Shown here piece by piece: positions 44,501 to 56,500 of a stretch of 64,000 nucleotides of DNA. The number at the start of each line of letters is the position of its first letter. The stretch's first letter is position 1. Made by a program: the position numbers and the translations under genes. The notes under the pieces were generated by a model. The model searched no databases. It was not told where the DNA came from and saw only the letters and a list, made by a program, of their open reading frames with translations. Origin of the DNA: Chlamydiota bacterium (GTDB taxonomy: Bacteria > Auribacterota > JACPWU01); assembly GCA_016178055.1 (NCBI GenBank), contig JACOUC010000036.1, forward strand, positions 9 through 64,008. Reading direction: 5' to 3'.

Positions 44501-47500
44501 ACTGAGATTCCAAAATCTAAAAGGGTTATCCTTCCCGTCTCCTCATCATAAATGATATTTTCCGGCTTAAGATCAAGATGAACAATATTTGCCTGATGCA
44601 CCTTTTGAACAGCCAAGAGAATCCTCCTAAAACATAGCAGCATTCTCTGAATATCGGCCTCTTCCAGAGTCTCCTTAGCCCTAAACCTCTGAATGAAATC
44701 TTTCAGTTGTTTTCCAGATCCATACTCCATCGCAAAATAGTGACGTGTCCCCCCTGTCGTCGGATCTCGATAGGAACTCTTTTCTAACACCCTTGGGACA
44801 ATATTTTCACCTTCCGAAATTTTAACTACAGCCTCTTGCATCTCCATTTCACGATTTCTTGCCTGACCCTGACTCATAGCGGGTTCTTGATCTAATGGGA
44901 CTTTGACAACACACCGTGTTCCTGCGGAATAAGAGCCTTTTGGTTCATCTGATTCAAGAGGTTTAACTAATTCAACCTCGAAGACCTTGGCGATACTTGA
45001 ACTCACCAATAATCCAAGAATTTTGTACTTTTCTCCAAGCGGTGGCAAATTTTGTTCAGGAAAAGAAGCCATCCAATTTTCCGGGGCTGAATCTTTTAAA
45101 AATGGGAATAATTTTTGTTTCATCTGACGAGTTCGTTCAGGCCCCACAATAGAAACAACTCGATCGTAATCAAAATGATTTCTTCGCTCATAGGCTCTTT
45201 GAGCAACATTCTCAAAACCCTTCATGATATCGTTAAATGTCTTTTCGAAAATAGGTCTTAATGTTGAATCTAATGTGGCATTAGGACTTAACCGTCCTTG
45301 GGTTATATTAAATGCCCGTTGAAATTTAGCAATGGCAAAACCCGTTTGATTAAGCTCAAATTCCCTTAACCCTTCAAGAAAACTAACACTCGCTCGGGTA
45401 TAATCAAGCATGCACTCGTGTAATAAATCTAAGCTTTTATCTCGATCAGAGGATTTCTGTTTAATCGTAATCCCTGGAGTTTTTTCCCAAAATTTCTTTA
45501 GGCTTTCCGATAACTGCATCGCACTAGATTTATCACCCCTTTCAAGAGCTTCGCGAACGACCTGATCGTGCCTCTGAACAAGCCCTATCAATCGCGTGTA
45601 TGTACTCTGAAATTGAGTCGGATCTTTAAGAAGGTTATTCCACAAAAGTTCACAGGCTTTCGCATCATCTTGCGTTTGAAGAGCGGCTTCAACCGAATCT
45701 TGTCCCCTTGCTGAGGGGGAATTACGCGGCGGCGCAAGGGCCGCCATCGAAGCCAGAGGAAGGATCTTAAGAAAATCACTGACCCCTCGTGGCACCCATG
45801 AAGGGAGTCTTCCCTCTCGAGCCCGTAAAATAAGACGGTTATATATCGAGTGAATCAACGCAAGACCGATAGAAGCACTGACTAAAGGTGCCACAGGTGC
45901 ACTAAAAATAAATATAGCTACATCATAAATTCCAAGATAAAAAATGGAAAAGTAGACATAGACGACAAAATAGTTTAAAAATTCTCTTTTAAACGCATCC
46001 CCAAAATTTCGATAGCGCTGATCGCTGGGCAAGCGATAGCGATCGATCATCCACAGCACAATCACATGTCCAGCCGAAAAAAGAAACCCGCTCACGAAAA
46101 ATGCAGTCAAAGCCAAAGGCGCCTGCAAAGAGAAATAATCCACACTTCCATGCACTAAAGACCAAAAGAGACCCGTTTCAAGAATGGGTGCTACCCACGT
46201 GATCAGGATCCTTCCCCAGAAGGTCTTTGATGGCTTGATCAGAAATCGCTCACGAAGACTAAGAGCTGCCTCGCTCACTTCTTGACCGTTACGAATATAA
46301 GTTCTGCCAGACTCATGCGCGGACATCCAGGCTGTATCTTCAATAAAAACTGGAATCTCTTTAAACTCCCTTTTATAGAACTCTTTCAATAGTTCTAGAG
46401 CAATCTCACGAATTTTTTTAGAATCACGGCCTGCTGCCTCCCAAATTTGACCTGAAACTGCAAGTAGTTTTTCCTTTTGTTTCTCTCTATCCAGGTTTCT
46501 CATTGCTTCAGGCTCTGGTATGATGATCTGTGTTCCTGTCGGCGAAGAAAGTTTTTTTGCAAACTCCTTGAACAAGTGATGAATGGCCTGGGCATGTCCC
46601 TTTTCAATTTGGGGTATGGCCATAGTACCAGTGTCTAAACCGCCTTGCTGACGAACTTGCTCTTTTACCTCTTCAACCTTTTTCCAATATTCAAAAAGCT
46701 CTGTTTCAAAAAATCTCATAACGTTGATTTCATCCGGGATGGCCGCTAAAGAACCCAGGTAAGCCGTGTATTCATCGTTAGGGCGTGAAAGCCCCTTGTT
46801 CAACAAGTCTGCCAACTCATTCAATTTATGAATCGCTTCATGATAAACGGTGGATAATGTCAAGCGCTCGTCTCTCCCCTCTTTAAGAAGAACATAAACC
46901 TCATCCTGCTTGCTCGGAGCAAAACATCTGTAATTATCCTTATTCGTATAATCTGGTCTGACAAAGGCAACCCGAAATTCTGAATAGGGCTCAAGATGAA
47001 TCGGGATATAAGAGTCTAGGCGGCCCAAAAGAACGATGTCGGACGGGTGGGCATAAAAGACAAGATGATAGGGCTTGAAGAATTGTCTTAAGAATTCAGC
47101 GGCTTGTGTATAATTCCAGCTCTTTTGAAGAACGGCTCCCACAGATTCCACAAGTTTGGGATTTTTCCTTTTCATGTCACTGATCCAGGTCTGATATTCA
47201 CCACCATCCGCCTGAAGCTTGCCTTGAAAGAATTTCAATAACATTGAATAAATCCCTTCTGCTTGAGGCTGGGTATAGGTTGGTCTGAAAGATTCACCCT
47301 TTAGAAGAACCTCCCCATAAACCTTCAGGCTTGTCTCAAACCAATCAAATACAAATATTTCACCATCCTTTCCGTCAAAGAACAATTTCCTCAACTGGCT
47401 GTGAGCACTTCGATCTTGGCTAAAAAAAGCGCTTTTATCTTGAGAAGAAACCTCAACATTCGAAACGTACTCATTCACCTGACGTGTGAGAAAGGTTGAA

Positions 47501-50500
47501 TTGTCAACGATGCTCCAACTATTTTCTTTAATCAAAGAGCCCCAGGCCAGCACATGAGCCATTCGAATAATATTGGGGCGGCCTTTCTCCATAAAGGATG
47601 GAGGAATTTTTGCTTGTAACTCCAAATCTTGCGGCAATGTCCAACGCAGCTTGTGATACCAAGCGGCTTTCAGCTTTTCAAACTGAAGCGCCTCGGCACG
47701 TTCGGACTCATTAAGACTCTGATCCATAAAGATGTAATAAACAGGATTTTGTCCATCACTACTTTCAACAGGCAAGAGATAGGCCCCTGTAAAAGATTTT
47801 AGATGCTGGCCGATGACATCACTTTCATTCTGACTGTCATAATTAAAAATACGACAAGTGATGGCTTCATTATTAATGGTTTCCGTTGTCACCTCTCCCT
47901 GTGTGGAAATAGGCAATTCAACTGTTTTCTCTAGGTTAATGGTTTTCCCAAGACGGAGCGCTACCCTTTGCCCCTGAATCTGTTGCGCTTTGATTAGAAT
48001 CACTCCATCACCCTCTTTCCCCAAACTATCTCCCTCGCTCCAAATATTCTTACGAGCGCCGCCACCGGTGATATTGGGCGGATTAATCGAGGGAACTCGC
48101 AGAAGAGCGGGGGCTAAACTTCCACTGCTTAAGAGGCTTAGGCTCAAAATGACACCGCTCATTCTTCGGGCAAGAATTCCATGCTGCCTCAACCAATTCC
48201 AAACGGGATAGAGCCAATTCATCCTTCCTTTAAGTTCTCTTCTCGCCTCATCTCTAAACCTTTCTTCATAGGTATGAATAGAATCTATCGAAAGAATCGG
48301 ATAGCGATATTTTTGCAAAAGAGGATTGATGAGCCCAGACAATTGATTTTGATAATTAATTCTTGCTTGAATATTTTCGGCCTTAAATGCACTTTCAACA
48401 AATCCTGCCAATTCAGTCCCATTCATCTCTAATATTTTCAAACGGCTTAATTGAGTCAATCCTTCAGGTGTTTGACCCGCTTCAAGGTAGGATTGAACTT
48501 GATGGGCAATGATTGTGGCTAGAATAAGAGCTTTATCAGTATTGGGATGATCCCGCTCATCAGCATCAAAACGCTCCTCTACACCCGGAAGAGCAAGTAG
48601 CTGTGTTTTTAATTGAGAGTCCCTTTCACCCAAAGCAGCTAAAATAATCTGAATGATTTGCCATTCTCCACTTTCATGTCTCAAAACTTCGTCAAATGCT
48701 TGACTTGGCTTCCCCTGACTGCAAAGATCTTGCCTTACCTGAATAGCAAGGGCTGTAGCAGTGCCCTCATGCCCTCCATGATGGCCTCTTGGAAAATTTT
48801 TCAGAGAAAGAGAAGGTTCTACTGCTTGATCCGTTACAGGATTTAAAATGGGCTGACCTGACCATACAAGAGAAGGCGAAACTTTATCAGTCACAGATCC
48901 AGATGCAGCCAAGGAAAGTGGAAGAGCTGAGTCATCACCCGGATAGCCCACAAATGGTTCCCGTCTCATAGATCCGACTAGAGGTATTTCACCTAAAGAT
49001 GGAGCAACAACCGCAGGCACACTCGCAAGTCTAGGCAAGAGCCCAAGCCGAGATTGAGTCGGAGGTTGAAGCTCACGCATGGCCGTGGGTAAAAGGCCTT
49101 GATAAATATTTAGAATGATTTCTCTAGAAAGATCTACCATTGCTTGAGCAATTTGTTCAGCTGAAATTTGTTGTTCTCGTCCTGGAGGGCCACGAACACC
49201 TGCAAGTTTATTTAACAAAACAGGAGGAGCTCTTCCCGAAGAGGGTTCTACCCATTTTTGAAGTTCTAGAGCAACAGCCTCACGTGATTTAAGAATACCC
49301 TTTACATATAACGCCTTCTTTGCGAGTGCATGAAGTGTTTCCATTCCTGGGCCTGAGAGACCTGCCTTCAATCCTGCATCACGAATTCGAGCCATATATT
49401 TGGCAGTCTTCATTAAAGTTTGGATCGGATCCCCCTGATACGACTCTCTCTGGTGCTCAAATTTACCTAAGAGCTCAGTCATGGAATGAAGGTAACGCAA
49501 GGGCGTCATATCGATGAATTCAATTCTCTCACCCTCTTTCTGCATTTGATTGACCACATGGAAAATAGCCCCTGTAGAATAGTGAGGATCTTTCTCGAAA
49601 AGACGGACTTCCATGGAGAGGCTTAACAACTGAACTCTCTGGGACATACTCAGCGGTATAATATTTTCTTGAGTGACGACATTATTTTCTTCCTTGAAAC
49701 GAGCTAATCTCTCAAGCTTCCTTCGTAAAATTCGACGTCTGGCTTCTTCTTCCCGCAATCCCTCTGGAATTGTTGGATCCAAATTTGAGATTTCAGCGGC
49801 AAGCTGCCCTTGTACTTTTCCATAGTAGGCCTCGGCTTGTGCCAAAAAATCTTGCAAGGAAGGAATTTCCTTTAAAGACTTCCACATTTCATGGGAAGGA
49901 CCCCCCCCATCGATCAAAAAAGCAGTATAGGCGACCTGAGTCTCCAATAGCAATGCCTGTTGACGACGAAGAGAATCTTCTTGGCGAGAGATATCGATGA
50001 TCAAGGGGTCTCCATAAGAATTTGCATCGAAAACCTGATAAGAAGAATCTTGAAAGCCCGCCTCTTTCCAAACATCATCAAAGGCCATCAAAATCCGCTC
50101 GGACCCTTCATTGAGAATGCTGAGGTCATAATCACTCCCCATTCCAACTGAACCTGTAGAGTTTAAACGGACTTCTCGGAAATTTTTGATTTTTGAATGA
50201 ACTTTAATCCAAGAATAATTCTGATGAGCCCTTTCTTCCGCCTTCATTAAAAGGGTATCCACAACCGCCTTTCTCTGTCGTTCAAAAGCCTTTTGAAGTT
50301 CTTCAGAAAGATTAAATTCTTTCACCCATGCACGAATCTGATCCCAATCTTGCACCTCTTTAAAAAAGGCAAGAAAACGCTCATCCACCCCCTCATCGGT
50401 GACTTGGGAAAGTCCATTTCCAACAGAAGATAAAAGCTTTTGAAGAGGAAGAGGAAGCGGCTGATGAATCCTCTGGATAATATTTCCTTTATAAAAATCA

Positions 50501-53500
50501 AAGTCATAGGTCAAAAGATTTCCCTTTCGATCGGTAGAAGTAAAAAAAGTTTCTTTCAAAACGCCCAGGGCATCGCGAAAATAAGTTTCTGCCTCTACTC
50601 CAAACTTCTGAAGTAATTCTGAGCTCCGCGAAAGATTTTTTAAGAGATATTCCAACTCCTTTGAATTCATCATGTACCATGAACCCGCAATGGCGACCAC
50701 CTCATGGGGATTTTGTTTCCAATGAGACCGGTCTCCCTCTTTATCTTCTCTAAGTTGGCTGAAAGAAATACCTGCCTGACGAAGTTGAATCGCTCGAGCC
50801 TCAAGAAAACCAAATAGATCATCCCCTTTTGTCTCTTTAAATTGAGCGATTTCCTCATCTATTTGGAAAACATCGCCTGTTAGCTGGATCATATCTTTTT
50901 TGTTCAACAAATTCATATATTCATAAAGATCCGAACTCACATAAACCACCTCTTCTCCTCGTTCCTGACGAACCCAACCGTCTGGTTGCAATGATCTAAA
51001 GCCCTCAATACTGAGGGAAGCAAGCTGATCCATTGTAAACCTGCTCCCTGCATCATCAATATAAGCGGTAAACCCCGAAGCCTTACTCATACGAATCCAA
51101 CGATCAACAGAGAAGAGAGGCGTTTTTTCACGATTTGAGCCCGTCGAGAGTTTGTGACACAGCTCATGAAAAAATGTGACCGCCATCGGCTCACTTGTTC
51201 TTTGTTGCTCTAACAGTTGAAAATTAAGTGAAAGGGAAAGAACCGTTTGAGCAAGCCGAGCTACCCCCAGTGAAGACATTCCTCTTTCCGCACCTGAAAA
51301 AGCAATAAAGGTACGATAGGCATCCGTCATGGGGCGGGGAAGAAAACTGACGGCCTCTTCCATTTCTTTTATGAAAGACTCTGGAATGGGTGCCTCAATC
51401 GCAATGTTACGTGCTCGAGCCTCAAGGTGGAGCAAAACTAGATGATATAAAATAGATGATTTCCACTCTGCTTCTCTTCCCAGGACAAAATTTCTTTGGA
51501 GATATGAAAGCAAATTTTGTCCTTCCCGATCTATGCCTCTTTCCTCTTTTTTATATTTTTGAAAGAGAAAATCATTAAAAAGATGGCTAACCATATGATT
51601 GAGAATTGCATCCCCAACATCCGGAATGTAGGATAGTGCGATCATCAAAGCCCCTATCTCATCTTGGGTCAGCTCAAGTCCGCCAAGAGGATTTTGGAAA
51701 GTGCGGTCAAACACGGAAAGATGAACCGTCCTGGTTTCAAGACAATTTGATACAAATAGGACCAGTTGATCCTTAAGCTCAGGTCGTATAGGTAAAGGCC
51801 TCAGCTTTTGTTTGAAGCTCTCTAATTCAGGCCTTTCTACAACCGTTTGTCCCCCCAAAACTTCCAGTTTCACCGTTTCAGCTATATCAAGTCTGCGAGG
51901 CTCAACCGAAGGAACCAATATCGCTGAATCCCCTTCCACAGAACGGGCCGGCATAGATGTAAAAATACCGCTGGGTTTAAAAGCAATGGAAACTGGAACA
52001 ACCTCGCGTACAGTAGAATCATGTTTTCCATTAATACCCTCAACAATTGTGGCTGTACTCGTAAGAGCTTGCTTCAAAGCACTTATTTTATCCTTTATGT
52101 TTAAATATGAACCATTTAAAAAATTAATCACTTCCTTCAAAGCAGGGGTCACCACAGCAACATTTGCTTGGTAAAAACGAAGAGCGGCCTCTAAATCAGA
52201 ATAGCTATAATGTACCGCCAAATAAGCAGCAACTTTCTTTACAGAATCAAGGTCCCCTTCTTCGAGAAGAGGAAGCTGTTTATTTAACCCAACTTCTTTG
52301 CCGTCTCTAACATAGACACGAGACAATTCATGAGCCCTCATCCAGCTTGTATCCTCTACAAAATCTGGGACATACCCAAGTCCTTTTTCATCCCTGTAAA
52401 ACTCTTTCATGAGTTCCAAAGCAATATCATGAATCTTGTTGGAATCCTGGCCTAAATCTAGCCAAATTTTTTGCGAGATAGCCTTTAATTTTTCCTTTTG
52501 TTCACTCCTAGACAACCCCTGCAAATCAATAAACTTAGGAATAACAATTGGAATTGCGGTCCTTGCAGAAACTTTTTTGGCAAATTCTTTGAATAAATGA
52601 TGAATGGCCTTGGAATGCCCCCCTTTATCGTCGCTTTCAACAGCCAAAGTGTTTGAAGTTGATTCACCTCGTCCACGCGCTTGGGCTTTAGCTAATTCGG
52701 CCTCTTCCCAATAGCCAAAAAGCTCTGTCTCAAAAAAACGCTTCACATTGACTTCATCAGGAATGGCAATCAAGGAGGCAACGTAAGCCGTATATTCATC
52801 ATCAGCAAAACTCAATTTAAAATGTGGATTTATCTTTTTTAATAAAGCATTAAAATTATGCAAAGCTTCATGATAACCTGTGGAAAGTCTTAAGCGCTCA
52901 AGTTCTTCACTAGAAAGTTCCCGCCGACTCTCGCTATCCTGCAATAGAACATAAACTTCATCATTTATTCCCGGAATTTTAAAACCTCGGGCATTTCCTC
53001 GATTATCGTAATCTGGATGAACAAAAAGGATACGAAATGGGGGATGAAGACCTAAACTGATCGGAATGTATGAATCTAGGCGACCGAGCAAGATCGAACC
53101 ATAAGCTCTTCTACTCTGGAAAACAAAATGGTAGGGTTTAAAAAATTCCCTTAAAAATTCTGCGGCGGCAGCATAGCCCTGTCCTTTTTTGAGGATAATT
53201 TCAATATTTTTAAAAAGCTCTGTATCTCTATTTTTGGGGGAAAAGCTTACTTCTATTGAAGGATTTCCACTTTGAAGAGATACTCGAAAGCGGTTGTAAA
53301 TTTCTTCAACCTCTGCCTGTGTGTAGGACAACGGTTTTTCTACAGAGGATAGTGAATAAGGGCTCTTATTCTTTCCAAGATGCCTTACAATCAAATGACC
53401 CTGACTATCCTTCTTTAATGAAAGATGAAAACGAGATATCAGACTTTCAGAATCCTTAATAACTAAATTGAGACTCTTCGGAGAGCTTCCAGCAAATGGC

Positions 53501-56500
53501 GAACTTCCAACCCGTAATTCTTGATCACCAACCTGAATGACGCTCTCACCAGAAACCACAATGAATTGACCCTTTGCTGAATCATATGTAATAGTAATAG
53601 GCGCCTCTGAATAACCTGCGAGTTTGACCTGTAAAATTTTTCCAGATAAGAGATCAGGTGAAATGCGGTAGAATTCTCCTTTCTTCCAAACTCCTTCTTC
53701 CAGCGATATAGATTGTGAAAATCTGATTAAGGCTTCTTCCTTCCATTGATCTATTTTTTGGGCCAGCTCACCAAGGACATCCGCATATTTAACAGGCAAA
53801 CCTTGCTGGACATATTCTTTAATCTTTGATTTATATTCACGAGCACTTTTGAGATTGTCTAAATAAGCCCAATCGCCTCGTTGAGTTGCACTGAAAATTT
53901 CATAACGAATTCTTTCTCCTTGAGAAGCTCTATATTCTGCAACCACCCCAACTCGATGCGCATGAAGTTGAACTTTAGAATCCTTAGATTGTTTGGCCAA
54001 ATTTTCTTTTGTCTCATGGAGAGCGACACCTCTGATCATTTTCATGATATCAAAATCAAGGGCTCTCGCTTCTTTCAAAGACTCTAGGCTCATCACCGTA
54101 TAAAGTTTTCCATCCACTTCAAAACTGAGGGTCGAACTCTTGCCGCGCGAGCCTTCAAAGAAAACAGAAGTCGAATCTGTCCCCGAACGCAAAGCCCCCG
54201 GTAAATCTTTTAGAGAGGTAATAAAAATATTATTCTCTTTAAGCCAATCAGATTCATCTTTTTTCAAACCTAGTCCAGGGGAACTTCCATTCACCAAACC
54301 AATCTGTAAACGTTGAAGAACCATTACAAAATCTATCGAACTCAATGAAGTTAAATCCCCTAATGCCAATTCCTGATGCTCGCCCACCGGCTGAGCGGTG
54401 GAAAGAGGAATTATTTCCGCTACCGGAGGGCCACTGGCTTCGAGAGCAGCTATATTAACTTCTACCTCAGACAGCTGTAACCCCATAACCTGACTGGTTT
54501 TTCCATCGATTAAAAAAGTAGCGAGATTAATTATTAAATTTTTTCCGGGCAAACCTTCAAGAGGAATCGCACATAAAAGCTCGCTTCCTTGTAAAATGAA
54601 TTTTAAATTTTGAAGATCTAGAGAGAAATCTCGAAGAATAGCCCCTGGCGACGACCGATCTTGTTCGAGCGCAGTCGAGAACCCGCTCTTTCCCATAGCC
54701 TGAAGCCTTGCCCCAACAAAATCACCAAAAGATTGTGGACTGACAGCCGCATCAGTTGCTTTAAATTCAGCATAAAGACTTTTTAAAATGGTCGAAATCA
54801 ACTGAAGTTCATAGGCAATAATCGGAGCTCGGTCTTCGGGAAGGCCTTCAGCATTGGTCATGAGCCAATGCATGAGACTCTTCTGGCTCGAGGCTCGAGG
54901 CTGGAGGCTAGAGGAGGAAATAGGAAGAGATTCATTTTCTGCTTCTTCGGTTTGTTTTTTTTCTTTTGTTTCTGCCTCGAGCTTCGAGCCTCGAGCTTCG
55001 AGCCTAAGATTTTCCCCCACCCATTTCTCAAAAGGGGTCAGCTCCCCCATCATTACAGATTCATAGCGGTCCGCAGAAGATGCATTAAAATGAGGGATGA
55101 AGACAACATACGAGTAGCCCGCCTGTTTCAAGGCTTCCTTTAGAGCTGGAGTATGGAACCCCCCGGTCATCACGGCCCCGAAAGACTCATCAGACTCTTT
55201 CAAGCGATTTAACGCCCGAAGCGTCATTTCATGATCCCGTTCAAGCGTTGCTTCATAATAAGGTTCGATCTGGCTAAGCCGATCGGCCAAGGGATAATGG
55301 ATATCTTCAGCATGCTCTTCTACAGTGTAAGCCCCCGATTCATGCTGAATGAATTTTAAAATTTTTGGAATGAGCTTATCTTTTTTAGAAACGTATTCCT
55401 GATATTCAGATTTCTCAATGGAGAGATCTGTAAGGCGATCCAGAAGATTAATAAAGGATGAATAGAGGCATAAAGATTTTTCTTCCTCGGTCACACATTC
55501 AGCAAATAAGGTTTCAAAGGCAAGTTTTTGGATTTGTTCAAAGAGGAGGGCATCACTGACTTTTTGCACCGCTTCGAGATAGTTCATGTAGTTTTGGATA
55601 TTTGGATAAGAATTTGAAATGCTCGAGGCTCGAGGCTCGAGGATCGAAGCAGGCATAGAAAGCTCCATAAACCTCTTCACTGTCTGATAAAATTCTAAGG
55701 GGGCAATCTCATTCAAACGATACGATAAAGTCTGCTCTAAAAATTTGGCCATTTCCTCATCACTGGCCTTTCCGTTGACGGCGATGAGAAGCTTTCCCAT
55801 TTCATTGTGAATTTTCTTTAGATCAATATTTTTCTTGAAGGGAAGCGTTGCAAGATAAGGCTTAATCTCTGAAAAATTTTCAAGATTGATTTTTGCCTTT
55901 TCGCTCTCCCTCATGAGACTTCCCATAAAATGCTCTAAATCTATTTTGTAGGTAAGATAGTCATTCAATTCCCTTACAAAACTCTGAACTTCACCTGTAT
56001 AGACATAATCCGAAAACTGAGCCATTAAAATTTTTAATTTAGCAATATGCTCTTTCAATTCTTTGCGAAGAGAGACCGTATCCCGGTAGGCATGATAATT
56101 TTTTAAGTAGAGATGGATATCCTCAATCCCATAAAGTTGAAGAGGCTTTTCTCCATTGATCGCTTCAAACTCAGCACCCGTGAGCTGACCCAAATTGAGA
56201 TATTCCTCGGACACCTCTTTTAATATTTTTTTATCGGGGAAAGATCGAAAGCGTTGGGTCGAGAGCTCACCCGAGGCGGCTTCGATGTTGATCCTTTTAA
56301 GATTATATTTTTGAGCGAGATATTCTAAGAGGTCCACCGTATTTTTCTGAGCTTGAGGATGGGCATGAATATCCTGAAAGAGGAAAACGGTATGGCTTGA
56401 GTTCGGCGCTTGATACGTCTCGATCACCCGTCCCAGCTCTGTCGGAATAAAAATAGAGGAAGAATTTTCAAGAGAAGAAATGGACGCCGCTTCTTTAGCC

